Source: an uncultured Acidimicrobiales bacterium (GTDB lineage Bacteria > Actinomycetota > Acidimicrobiia > Acidimicrobiales > UBA10347). From it: DNA of 64,000 nt. The number at the start of each line of letters is the position of its first letter. Within the stretch, counting starts at the first letter, position 1. Position numbers and translations under genes: made by a program. Of the stretch, positions 1-9,585 are shown in pieces. The DNA lies in assembly GCA_943788915.1 (NCBI GenBank), contig CALSSD010000005.1, positions 124,001 to 188,000 on the forward strand, in the 5' to 3' direction. A model generated the notes under the pieces. That model was not told the DNA's origin. It ran no database searches and worked only from the letters and a program-made list of their open reading frames with translations.

Positions 1-120
1 CTGTGGGTCGATCCCTCCCGCCGACTCATCGGAGCGTCGGTGTCAACCGAGGTGTTTGGACAGTGGGCCGTCGACGGCTGGGCAACCGTCAACACGGTCC
101 TCATAGAACGTTACGGATAA
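1..120 (+). CDS. 3' end of probable serine hydrolase (beta-lactamase family), partial
   Basis: Frame 1 reads LWVDPSRRLIGASVSTEVFGQWAVDGWATVNTVLIERYG*. The LWVDP...FG.WA...W tail resembles actinobacterial serine hydrolases. Ends 7 nt before prmA. Confidence 0.55.
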   Translation: MWVDPSRRLIGASVSTEVFGQWAVDGWATVNTVLIERYG

Positions 121-127
121 CCCGCTG

Positions 128-946
128 GTGGGACTGTTAGTCGTCCGCATCGAGGACGTCGATCTGGATGCTTGCAGTGACTGGTTGTGGCAATTGGGTG
201 CAACCGCTATCGAAGAACGGCCCGACGGCGACCGGCTTGCGCTCTTCGTCGGGTTCGCCGACGATGGCCTGGCATTGGCCGCCCGTTCGATTCTCAATGA
301 ACGTTGGCCGTGCCGGTTCGAGAGCACCGGCGACGAGTCAGCGTGGCGCGACGAATGGATGAGGTGGATCGAGCCGATTCATGTGGCTGGTTTTGTGGTC
401 CATGCCCCGTGGCATGACCCGGCGCTGTGGGCCGACGGCCCCGACGACGCTGCGGAACTCTCGATCGACCCCGGCCGAGCGTTCGGATCAGGGCATCACC
501 CCACGACTCGGCTCACCTTGGCCGCGATGCGGTCACTTGTTGTACCCGGTGCGAACCTGCTTGATGTGGGCTGTGGCACGGGCATTCTGTCGATCGCCGC
601 CGCCCGACTCGGGGCCAGGCCCGTCGTTGGGATCGACCTGGACTACGACATCATCGAGGTCGCTGCGGCGAACGTCGAAGCCAATGGTGTCGCCGGCCAC
701 GTGGCACTTCTGACTGACCCGGTCGAAGATCTTGGTGACCGATTCGACATCGTCGTCGCCAACATTGTGATCGGCGACCTGACCCCGCTCATGCCAGCGA
801 TCGTGGACCTGGCTGATCAGGCGGTCATCATCAGTGGCTTCCTCGATGACCAACTCGAGAAGCTCCTGACTCAGGTCGATATCACCGTCACCACCCGCAC
901 CACCCTCGACGGCTGGGGCTGCGCCGTCCTCACCCCCACCAACTAA
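128..946 (+). CDS. prmA: Ribosomal protein L11 methyltransferase
   Basis: IDPGRAFGSGHHPTT, LLDVGCGTGILSIAA and DIVVANI motifs. Confidence 0.9.
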   Translation: MGLLVVRIEDVDLDACSDWLWQLGATAIEERPDGDRLALFVGFADDGLALAARSILNERWPCRFESTGDESAWRDEWMRWIEPIHVAGFVVHAPWHDPALWADGPDDAAELSIDPGRAFGSGHHPTTRLTLAAMRSLVVPGANLLDVGCGTGILSIAAARLGARPVVGIDLDYDIIEVAAANVEANGVAGHVALLTDPVEDLGDRFDIVVANIVIGDLTPLMPAIVDLADQAVIISGFLDDQLEKLLTQVDITVTTRTTLDGWGCAVLTPTN

Positions 947-971
947 CGAATCGGTGCCAGGCACCTGTGCG

Positions 972-1595
972 TTAGTTGGTGGGGGTGATCTTGGCTTGTT
1001 CGGCGGCACAGATCTCGTGCCATTCACAGCCTTCGACATGATCGTTGACCAAACCCATGGCTTGCATGAACGCGTAGGCAGTTGTTGGGCCGAAGAACTT
1101 CCACCCACGTTTCTTCAGATCCTTACTGAGTGCCGCAGACGTCTTCGTCTGATTGGGCACGAGCAGGCTGGGTTCCTTCAGATCCGGCTCACGTTCAGTT
1201 GGACGCCATTCCCAGATGTAGTTCCTCACTGAGCCACACTCCTCGATCATCTCCAAAGCACGGGCAGCGTTATTGATCGTTGCCTCGATCTTTCCTCGAT
1301 GGCGGATGATCCCTGCGTCCTGCAACAGACGTTCGACATCGGCCTCGGTGTACTCGGCAACGGCATCGATATCGAAGTTGGCAAACGCCGCTCGGAAGTT
1401 TTCTCGTTTGCGCAGAATCGTGATCCACGAAAGGCCCGATTGGAATCCTTCTAAACAGATTTTCTCGAACAGTCGGTCGTCGGCCAGTGTGGGCCGGCCC
1501 CACTCTTCGTCGTGGTAGATCGTGTAGTCCGGGAGATCTCCTGGCCACCAACAACGCAGCCTGCCGTCGGTCCCATGGTTAAGCAATTCGCCCAT
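972..1595 (-). CDS. tag: DNA-3-methyladenine glycosylase I
   Basis: YHDEEWG, LEGFQSGLSWITILRKRENFR, AFMQAMGLVNDH. Confidence 0.95.
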   Translation of the reverse strand: MGELLNHGTDGRLRCWWPGDLPDYTIYHDEEWGRPTLADDRLFEKICLEGFQSGLSWITILRKRENFRAAFANFDIDAVAEYTEADVERLLQDAGIIRHRGKIEATINNAARALEMIEECGSVRNYIWEWRPTEREPDLKEPSLLVPNQTKTSAALSKDLKKRGWKFFGPTTAYAFMQAMGLVNDHVEGCEWHEICAAEQAKITPTN

Positions 1596-1663
1596 GTCCT
1601 CACCCTAGGGGACCACCTCTTTTGACGGTCCCGAATCTCTAGTCATGCAGCTATTCTTTCCCG

Positions 1664-2746
1664 ATGGATGAGATCCGCTACGGCGTCATCGGAACTGGCA
1701 TGATGGGCATTGAGCACATCGAGAACATTGCCGAAGTGGACGGAGCCAGAGTCACGGCCGTATCGGATCCCGACCCTGTCTCCCTCGCAAACGGCGCAAA
1801 CAACGTCGGCCAGGGTGTGGCGACCTTTGCCGACCATCGGGATCTGCTCGAAGCCGACGTGTGTGACGCTGTAGTACTGGTGTCGCCCAACTACACACAC
1901 CACGCGGTGCTTGGTGATCTGCTGGCATCGGACCTGCACGTGCTCACGGAGAAACCCATGTGCATTTCGACGGAAGAATGCCTCGACGTGGTCGCCGCAG
2001 CCCAGGCTCGTACCGCACTCACATGGGTCGGCCTTGAGTACCGCTACATGCCTCCGGTGAGCCGACTGATCGACGAAGTCAAGAGCGGCGCCGTAGGTAA
2101 CGTCCACATGGTGAGCATCCGTGAGCATCGCTTCCCGTTCCTGCACAAGGTCGGTGAGTGGAACCGTTTCACTCGCAACACCGGCGGAACGCTGGTCGAG
2201 AAGTGCTGTCACTACTTCGACCTGATGAATCTGATCATTGGCCAACGGCCGGTCTCCGTTATGGGGTCGGGTGGCCAGAACGTGAATCATCTCGACGAGT
2301 ACTACGACGGTGAACGAAGCGACATTTTAGACAATGCGTACGTGATCGTCGAGTACCCAAACAATGTGCGGGCCATGCTCGACCTGTGCATGTTCGCCGA
2401 AGCGACACGCAACCAGGAGGAACTGTCGGTTGTTGGTGATGCCGGCAAACTCGAGGCCCTGATCCCACAGAATGTGCTCCGGATTGGCCGCCGAGGTGAA
2501 CACTTCATCGGCGATGTCATCGAAGAACCGATCAGGAACGACAGCATCAAGTTCGCTGGCTTTCACCACGGCTCGAGTTATCTCGAACACGTCGATTTCG
2601 CCGACGCGATCCGCAACAACACCCCACCCAAGGTCAACGTGATCGACGGTCTGTGGAGTGTTGCTATCGGAGAGGCCGCACACCGCTCAATCGACGAGCA
2701 TCGCCCGGTAGCTCTCGCCGAAATCCTGCCACCTGAGTTCCTCTAG
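1664..2746 (+). CDS. Gfo/Idh/MocA family oxidoreductase
   Basis: GVIGTGMMG Rossmann motif, EKPM, GGTLVEKCCHYFD. Confidence 0.9.
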   Translation: MDEIRYGVIGTGMMGIEHIENIAEVDGARVTAVSDPDPVSLANGANNVGQGVATFADHRDLLEADVCDAVVLVSPNYTHHAVLGDLLASDLHVLTEKPMCISTEECLDVVAAAQARTALTWVGLEYRYMPPVSRLIDEVKSGAVGNVHMVSIREHRFPFLHKVGEWNRFTRNTGGTLVEKCCHYFDLMNLIIGQRPVSVMGSGGQNVNHLDEYYDGERSDILDNAYVIVEYPNNVRAMLDLCMFAEATRNQEELSVVGDAGKLEALIPQNVLRIGRRGEHFIGDVIEEPIRNDSIKFAGFHHGSSYLEHVDFADAIRNNTPPKVNVIDGLWSVAIGEAAHRSIDEHRPVALAEILPPEFL

Positions 2747-3000
2747 ACACGCGACATGACCATCGGGGACCGCTTGATCTGCAGATAGATCTGCGATGCC
2801 TCCGCACCGCATTCCCGGCTGCGATCCAACCCAAAGAGTGCCAACACGTTCGCCAGATCGATCCAGCTGGCGCCGATACCGGTAGACGCCCTCATCATGA
2901 CCCTCCGTCACGCGGGGTCTGACCCTCCATGACGTGGGAAGTATGAGTGATCGAGTGCCCTGCAGTAGTGTTTTTCGGTGCTGACACTGCTCCACGTCCG

Positions 3001-4386
3001 ATGAACACTCCGACCGCCACCAAGCAGCGCAAGGGAGCATTTCCCATCTGGGTGGTTATTGCCGTTGGCGGCGTGCTGACGTCGGTGTCGCTCGGCATTC
3101 GGTCCACGTTCGGGGTGTTCCTGGACCCAGTGGTCGAGGGTGTGCTCGATGGGGTGCAGGGCCCCTGGGGCATCGCCATTGCGGTGCAGAGCATCATGTG
3201 GGGCATCAGCCAGCCGATCGCCGGTGCCATCTCCGATCGATATGGCGGCGCAGTCACGTTTGCCGGCGGAACAATTCTGTACGCGATCGCACTCCTGCTG
3301 ATGTCCACAGCGCAGAGCGCCTTCATGATCATCCTCGCTGGTGGTTTCTTGACCGGTATTGCCGTAGGCGCGGCCAGCTTCGCTGTCGTGTTATCGGCAG
3401 TTGGACGCATGGTCAGTCCGGCTCGACGTTCGATGGCACTTGGCATTGTGAGCGCTGCGGGGTCCATGGGCCAGTTCGTGCTGGTGCCGCTCGCCCGAAT
3501 CATGATCGACCGTTGGTCATGGCAAGACACCTTCGTTGTGTTCGCCGTGGTCGCCGCAGCGACGATTTTGCTCACGCCTTCATTACGTGGAAGCGCCCGC
3601 CGGTTCTTCCCCGAGCCTGCGGCCACCGCCAACGACCGCACGCTTCGTGATGAATTGCGTCGAGCCGCTCGGGCTCGGCCCTATCTGCTGCTGAACGCAG
3701 CCTTTTTCGTGTGTGGATTCCATGTCACGTTCATCGGCGCCTACCTGCCCAAGTATGGCGAGGACCTTGGCCACAAGGGAACAGCGACCACCGCTCTGGC
3801 CCTGATCGGCCTGTTCAATGTGTTCGGTTCACTGGCTGCCGGCGCGCTGGGCGGCCGGTATTCCAAGACGAAGTTACTCGGCGGCATCTATGCAGCTCGA
3901 GCAGTGGTCATAGCGGCCTACGTGTTGCTGCCAGCCAGCCCCACCTACACGCTGCTCTTTGGTGCTGCGATTGGCCTGTTGTGGCTCTCTACCGTGCCGC
4001 TGACATCGGGCATGGTCACCGAACAGTTCGGCACCACCCACTCAGGTGCGTTGTTCGGCATCGTGTTCTTCTCCCACCAACTTGGCGCATTTGCAGGCGC
4101 CCTCGGAGGCAGCTGGGCCCACGATCGTTACGGCAGTTACGACCTGGTGTGGTGGATCGCAGTTGCACTCGGTGTCGCCGCCCTGCTCATCCACCTCTCG
4201 ATCGAAGAAGGTCCGATTCAGGACCCTCCAACAGCTCCGGCTCGTAGAGGCGGCCTGCTGCCTGCTGGCGGCATGGCCAGTGTCATGCTGGTCGTGGGCA
4301 TCGGTGCAGCACTCCTGCCGGCGTTGTCCGCCCCCGACGGGTTCGATGGCGTGCTCAGCTGGTGTTTCTCGGTGATCGAGCAATAG
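3001..4386 (+). CDS. MFS transporter
   Basis: About 12 hydrophobic segments; GAISDRYG motif A; FFVCGFHV, FFSHQLG. ATG at 3001 preferred over 2947. Confidence 0.88.
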   Translation: MNTPTATKQRKGAFPIWVVIAVGGVLTSVSLGIRSTFGVFLDPVVEGVLDGVQGPWGIAIAVQSIMWGISQPIAGAISDRYGGAVTFAGGTILYAIALLLMSTAQSAFMIILAGGFLTGIAVGAASFAVVLSAVGRMVSPARRSMALGIVSAAGSMGQFVLVPLARIMIDRWSWQDTFVVFAVVAAATILLTPSLRGSARRFFPEPAATANDRTLRDELRRAARARPYLLLNAAFFVCGFHVTFIGAYLPKYGEDLGHKGTATTALALIGLFNVFGSLAAGALGGRYSKTKLLGGIYAARAVVIAAYVLLPASPTYTLLFGAAIGLLWLSTVPLTSGMVTEQFGTTHSGALFGIVFFSHQLGAFAGALGGSWAHDRYGSYDLVWWIAVALGVAALLIHLSIEEGPIQDPPTAPARRGGLLPAGGMASVMLVVGIGAALLPALSAPDGFDGVLSWCFSVIEQ

Positions 4387-4485
4387 CGCTTCAGCCGACA
4401 CGCACCCAACCGGTGATTCATGAGCTCTGGCTCGGACCCGACATACGCCAAGCCATGTAGCGCTGTCGCCGTGAGCGCAGCTAGG

Positions 4486-4947
4486 TCACCGATTGAAACG
4501 ACTTTCGAAACCCATACGCATTGCTGGTACGAAGAACTGTTCGGTGTAGTCGTATACCGCTGCCAGCATGCGATCGACCATGTCCGCATCGACATGGCGA
4601 TTGTCGACCTGACCCCGCAGATAGATGGCGTTCTCGCTACCGACCACAAAATGTATTGGGTGCATCGAGGCATTTCGAGTCAATAAATGGGCGAACAGTG
4701 CTTCACGATTCTCGTCGGGTTCAGGCATGAAATAACTCTCGACGACCAGCGTGCGCTGACCGAGGGTGTATTCAGCGCTGAAGTGTTGTTTCGCGTCGCC
4801 GGCGATGCGCACGTACCAAAACGGCTGATCGATCTCGCCTCGTTCTACTGCGGCGACGGCGTCGATCTCGTCGTTGGCCAGTCGTAGGGTGGCGTCGATC
4901 AGCGCTTCAAGCCGGTCGAATTCGTTGGCAGTAAGAAGTGCAGACAC
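4486..4947 (-). CDS. YbjN domain-containing protein
   Basis: YFMPEPDENREALFAHLLTRN; directly downstream of mshA as in other Actinobacteria. Confidence 0.75.
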   Translation of the reverse strand: MSALLTANEFDRLEALIDATLRLANDEIDAVAAVERGEIDQPFWYVRIAGDAKQHFSAEYTLGQRTLVVESYFMPEPDENREALFAHLLTRNASMHPIHFVVGSENAIYLRGQVDNRHVDADMVDRMLAAVYDYTEQFFVPAMRMGFESRFNR

Positions 4948-4948
4948 G

Positions 4949-6181
4949 TCAGCAATTCACGGGTTGGCGCACGGCGAGTTGTGAGTACAGATCACGCAAG
5001 TGCAGCGCGGTCGTTGACCATCGATAGCTTTGCGCCCGTTCAAACGAGGCCATCGCCAACTCTGCAGCGAGCATGGGGTGGCTGAAGATCTGATCCATGT
5101 AGGTCGCAAACACGGCAGGGTCACGGCCTGCGACCAGGAAGCCGGTCTTGCCGTGGTCTACGAGTGTGCGCAGTCCTCCGACCGACGACGCCACCACAGG
5201 GGTGCCGCAGGCTGCTGCTTCGAGCGCCACCAGGCCAAACGACTCGCTTCGACTAGGCACGATGCAGATGTCGGCAGCGCGATACCAACTTGACAACAGG
5301 TGATGAGGAACGGGCTTTTCGAAACGAACCCGGTCTTCGAGTCCGTAGGCGGCAATGGCCTGTTTCACCCGCGCCAGTTCTTGGTCACCTTCGCGCCCAC
5401 TCGGGCCACCAACAATCACCAACTGGGCATCCTTGTTATTCATCCGCCCGAATGCCTCGGCGGCCACCGCGACGCCCTTGAGCGGCTGGATACGTCCGAC
5501 GAACAGCACGGTTGGCCGATCTTCGATGCCAACAGCTTCGCGGGCAGCGGACTGGGCCCCAGGCGAGAAAATGGCATGTTCGACTCCAGGCACCACATAA
5601 CTGATGCGCTCGGCCGGGGTGCCGTACAGACGCTCAAGCCAATGGGCTTCGGCGACACAACTGGCCGTGACGGCATCGCTACAGGCAATCACCTGTGCTT
5701 CGGCTTGGGCCCGACGTTCTGGCTCGTGGTCACCTGTCTCGGCCTTGACTCGGGCAAGCGTGTGGAACGTGGTCACCAGCGGAACGTCAAGGCGATGTTT
5801 GATCCGATGTCCAGCGACACCAGACAGCCAGTAATTGGCGTGTAACACGTCGACGCCACCCTGGTCGACGATGTCGGCTTCGACCTTGTCGGCGAACTCA
5901 TCGACAATGTCGTAGAGCTGCTCCTTCTCAAGGTCATAGGGCCCGGCAGGAATGTGCACCACCCGAACACCAGGTTCGAGGAGCACCTCGGCCGGCAGGT
6001 CGGGGTGCCATGCACGCACATACACATGAACCATGGCGCCAGTGTGGGCGAGGTGGCCAACGAGCTCGCGGATGTAGACGTTCATGCCACCGCTGTCCCC
6101 CGATCCGGGCTGAGCAAGCGGCGAGGTGTGTAACGACAGCAGCGCAATTCTCGCTGGTGCGTTTGGTGCCCCCAAGGTCAC
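4949..6181 (-). CDS. mshA: D-inositol-3-phosphate glycosyltransferase (mycothiol biosynthesis, GT4)
   Basis: LSLHTSPLAQPGSGDSGGMNVY, HANYWLSG, VGRIQPLKG, PSRSESFGLVALEA. Confidence 0.88.
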   Translation of the reverse strand: MTLGAPNAPARIALLSLHTSPLAQPGSGDSGGMNVYIRELVGHLAHTGAMVHVYVRAWHPDLPAEVLLEPGVRVVHIPAGPYDLEKEQLYDIVDEFADKVEADIVDQGGVDVLHANYWLSGVAGHRIKHRLDVPLVTTFHTLARVKAETGDHEPERRAQAEAQVIACSDAVTASCVAEAHWLERLYGTPAERISYVVPGVEHAIFSPGAQSAAREAVGIEDRPTVLFVGRIQPLKGVAVAAEAFGRMNNKDAQLVIVGGPSGREGDQELARVKQAIAAYGLEDRVRFEKPVPHHLLSSWYRAADICIVPSRSESFGLVALEAAACGTPVVASSVGGLRTLVDHGKTGFLVAGRDPAVFATYMDQIFSHPMLAAELAMASFERAQSYRWSTTALHLRDLYSQLAVRQPVNC

Positions 6182-6303
6182 AAGCCAACGGTATCTGGCC
6201 GAGCGCTCTGTCTGGTCAATCGAACGAGCTCATTCCAACGTCAGGTGGCCGAATTAGGATCTGAGTCAGGCCGAACCCATGCATGCAGTTGCGAGTGTTC
6301 GGT

Positions 6304-6543
6304 TCAGCCGCCGGAGACGGGAGGCAGGATCGCAACCTCGTCGTTGGCTTCGATCGCCGTGTCCATCTCTGCAGGTTCGCCGTTGACCCACACTTTGCAT
6401 GTGGGGATCAAGGCTGCGAAATGGTCGCCAAACTTGTCGCAGGCAGCAGTAACCACTTCGCCGACCGATGCGCCGTCGATGGTGATGGAACGTTCGCCTG
6501 ATGCGGCCTCACGAACCGAGGCGAAGAGTCGCAGAGTGGCCAT
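6304..6543 (-). CDS. MoaD/ThiS family sulfur-carrier protein
   Basis: 79 aa, MATLRLFASVREAA...DEVAILPPVSGG with C-terminal GG; TACCAT box 7 nt upstream of the ATG at 6543. Confidence 0.9.
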   Translation of the reverse strand: MATLRLFASVREAASGERSITIDGASVGEVVTAACDKFGDHFAALIPTCKVWVNGEPAEMDTAIEANDEVAILPPVSGG

Positions 6544-6672
6544 AGGGCCGATGGTAGTAGCAGGTCCCGCACTTGATGCCAGCCACTTGCTGGACCGACC
6601 GCCTAGGCGCCGAATCGCACACGGACGGCCGCTGCCAGTAGGTTTGACTCCTGTGGGAAGCGCAACCGTGCA

Positions 6673-7292
6673 ATGACAGAGATCCTGATGGTCCGCCATG
6701 GCCAGTCCGAATGGAATGCCCAAGGTCGGTGGCAAGGCCAGGCCAACCCACCGCTGAGCCCACTCGGCCTCGAACAGGCCGAGGCTGGCGGCTCCTATTT
6801 GACCAAGCTCCATAACGAGATCGCCTTCGATGGCATGGGGTCATCCACCCTTGACCGGGCCGCCACGACCGGCGATGTGATCGCAAAACATCTCGGCTTC
6901 GACACACCGTTTCGTACACTGCGAACATGGCTGAGCGCGATGCCGGCGAGTGGAGCGGCATGACCCGCGACGAAATCGAGTTGGCCTATCCCGGCTATCT
7001 CAAGGCCCGCAAGTTTCCACCCGGCTACGAGAACGACGAAGCACTTCTCCCCCGCATCCGCAACGGTCTGCGTGAAGTCGTCGACAACGTTGCTGGCAAC
7101 CGAATCATCGTGACAGCACACGGCGGCATCATCTATTGCATCGAAGCAAGCGTCGGACTGCCGTTCCGCCATATGCCAAACCTGGGTGCACGCTGGTTCG
7201 ACTTCGACAAGGACGGCAACTTCATCATGGGTGACCGCGTCGAGCTACTAGTGAACTTCTCGGGCGAAACAACCACACCTGGTCAGATCTAG
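6673..7292 (+). CDS. Histidine phosphatase (phosphoglycerate mutase family), frameshifted near 6915-6925
   Basis: RHGQSEWNAQGRWQG in 6673-6963 continues as ERDAGEWSG...TAHGGII in 6927-7292. Confidence 0.85.
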
Positions 7293-7400
7293 TTCGCACC
7301 AGAGGCAAAATATGCCAGACCTGCGACGTTTCCCCCAACTGGCAGGCACATCGACCCTGATTTCCGCTCTGGAGCCCCGAACGTGAGCGAATTTGGTGGT

Positions 7401-7673
7401 TCAGCGCGGTTGTTTGGTGCTGGCGCAACGAGCCAGCATGGGCCGGCCTCCGAGCTCGCCAGCCGACTGGGCAGAATCGCAGGTTTGGCACATTTTGGCC
7501 GAGTCCCGGGCCAAACATTTCAACACCAAATCGGTGTCATTCAGCTCATTCTGAACGGTGTTCAACCAGTCGCCATCAGGGCGAGTAGCCAGGTCGATGC
7601 CAACGTTTGAGCGCTCGACAACCGCTGATTCTTCGGTCGTGGGCTCGTTGGCATGCGGCTCGATTTCATTCAC
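7401..7673 (-). CDS. Small hypothetical protein with CxxC, weakly reminiscent of the DksA/TraR-type helix plus CxxC
   Basis: LNTVQNELNDTDLVLKCLARDSAKMCQTC. Confidence 0.4.
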   Translation of the reverse strand: MNEIEPHANEPTTEESAVVERSNVGIDLATRPDGDWLNTVQNELNDTDLVLKCLARDSAKMCQTCDSAQSAGELGGRPMLARCASTKQPR

Positions 7674-7745
7674 CTAGAGACCTTATCTAGGCAATGTGTC
7701 ACTAAACCGGACCAGACAGCCCGAACTGCCCGCTACCATCACCTC

Positions 7746-7820
7746 GCCTCCGTGGCGCAGTCTGGTTAGCGCAGTGGACTTTTAATCCATTGGTCGTGGG
7801 TTCGAATCCCACCGGGGGTA
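7746..7820 (+). tRNA. tRNA-Lys (anticodon UUU)
   Basis: Acceptor stem GCCTCCG/CGGGGGT, D arm GCGC/GCGC, anticodon stem GTGGA/TCCAT with loop CT-TTT-AA (7781-7783), T arm GTGGG-TTCGAAT-CCCAC; CCA not encoded. Confidence 0.97.
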
Positions 7821-7875
7821 CAAAAGTGTTGTGGGTCACACAACGGTTCACGTCCGACGAGAGTTCGACGTCGCC

Positions 7876-7992
7876 ATGTCACCCACCCACAGATACTGGG
7901 CCGCACGCACCGCGACCGTCGGCATGCGCACCCGGAAGATGCGAACTGCACTGTCGGCGCTGGGAATCATGATTGGCATCGCAGATCACTGA
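7876..7992 (+). pseudogene. N-terminal stub of a MacB/FtsX-type ABC permease
   Basis: MSPTHRYWAARTATVGMRTRKMRTALSALGIMIGIADH*; the RTALSALGIMIGIA first-TM signature is followed by a stop. Confidence 0.6.
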
Positions 7993-8429
7993 ACGGCTGC
8001 AGGTCTTGGGCCATGTCATTCGCCTGCTGACCAGCAAGGAAGGCCACCCTGGGACGGCGACACCGGCGAGCTTCGCGAACACGTCAGGCGCTAGCTCTGC
8101 GCACTGCCTCGCGTCGCCAAGGTCTACGGCATCAAGCTCGACGAGAACAAAGCACCGCTCGAGGCGAGCCACCGTTGGTTTTTCACGATGGCAGGTGGCG
8201 TGCCTCAGAGCCGGCCCCGCGGCGTTGCTGGAGGTCTCAGCGTAGAGACGCCCACCAGCCCGACCCAACGATCAGCCTGGGACGTGGCTTGTGGCTGCGG
8301 CGACAACAGAAGGGTCATAGAAGCCCAATCCTCCGTCGGCGTGGTCCATCGCAAACCCAAGGCGACTACGAACTGCGTCGGGTAGAGCGAAGGCATCGGC
8401 GGCCGGCATCGAGAGGTGTTGGTTCTCTT

Positions 8430-8640
8430 CTTGTCGGAGCCAACCCAAGGTGTAGGTCAGCAGGAAAGTGCTGGGTTCCTCCGTTGTCGGCAGTGAAATC
8501 CGAGATCGCCCACATGGTCGCCAGAATCAAACGATAGCTAGTCGGCCCTGATCGTGTGGCACAACCCCTGACCACGAGCAGTGACTTCGCCAGGGAGCAG
8601 GAAAGCGTTGAGCAACCCCATCCCGATCAGCTGCCGCATG
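8430..8640 (-). pseudogene. Remnant of phytanoyl-CoA dioxygenase (PhyH) family gene
   Basis: ATMWAISDFTADNGGTQHFP, with upstream LLPGE in another frame. Confidence 0.55.
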
Positions 8641-8664
8641 CAGTGCAACGCGTAAACTCGGGCT

Positions 8665-9465
8665 ATGCACGTAACTCGCACCGACGAGCAGTGGAAACTG
8701 CTCAACGAAGCAGATCCGGATGTTCCTATTGTGATGCTAAATCTGATCAGGTTCCGCGAGACCGCCCTCCATGGCCACGGTTGCGACGGCATGAGCGGCA
8801 AAGAGGCCTACGCCGAGTACGGGCGACGACTACGAGCGTTGGCTGCTCACTTTCCCGGCCGCCCATTCTGGGTTGGTGATGCGGCACGGACCTACATCGG
8901 ACCTGACGACGAGACGTGGGACTTGGTGCTGTGCGTCGGTTATGAATCGGTCTCGATCTTCCGCGACATGCTTGCATCTGAGCCATATCAGCAGGCGGCC
9001 CAGGCCCGAACCGCGGCAGTGGCCGACTCGCGTCTTGTCTTGATGCACGAGACAGCCAACGTGGGCGATGCCATGAAACAGTGGGCGGCCAGGCCTGCAG
9101 AAGCGGACAGAGCCCAGGATCCGATCGTGATGCTGAACCTCATCCGTTACCAAGACACGGCGCTCGCTGGTCACACCTGCGACGGCATGACCGGTGAAGC
9201 GGCCTATGCGGAATACATCCGCCGTCTCCAGGCCATGAGCAGCCACGACTTCCCCGGCAACATCATCTGGGATGGCGAGGGCCAAACCACCATCATTGGG
9301 CCCGCCGATGAAAGCTGGGATCGGATCTTGTTGATCGCCTACCCATCGACCGCCGACTTCCGTCGGATGGCCAACTCCGATATCTATGCGACCGCTGGCC
9401 CCGCTCGGACCGCTGCGGTGCTCGACTCCCGCCTCATCCTCACCCACCAGAAGTTCCCGTGCTAG
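8665..9465 (+). CDS. Tandem DUF1330-like domain protein
   Basis: Two internal repeats of PIVMLNLIR...CDGMxG.xAYAEY.RRL...IGP.DE.WD...ARTAAV.DSRL. Confidence 0.75.
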   Translation: MHVTRTDEQWKLLNEADPDVPIVMLNLIRFRETALHGHGCDGMSGKEAYAEYGRRLRALAAHFPGRPFWVGDAARTYIGPDDETWDLVLCVGYESVSIFRDMLASEPYQQAAQARTAAVADSRLVLMHETANVGDAMKQWAARPAEADRAQDPIVMLNLIRYQDTALAGHTCDGMTGEAAYAEYIRRLQAMSSHDFPGNIIWDGEGQTTIIGPADESWDRILLIAYPSTADFRRMANSDIYATAGPARTAAVLDSRLILTHQKFPC

Positions 9466-9585
9466 CCCGTCCTCACGCTCCTGCGCGAACTCGCCACCAG
9501 CATTCTCTTCCAGACTCGCGGACTCCACCTCGACTTGGCGATCTCCAACGACGAGCAGCGCGTCACCCACAAGAAGGCGCAATTC

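Noticed and set aside
2750..2900. Possible GntR/MocR N-terminal remnant on the - strand (LDRSRECGAEASQIYLQIKR)
   Set aside because: Similarity too short and weak to support.
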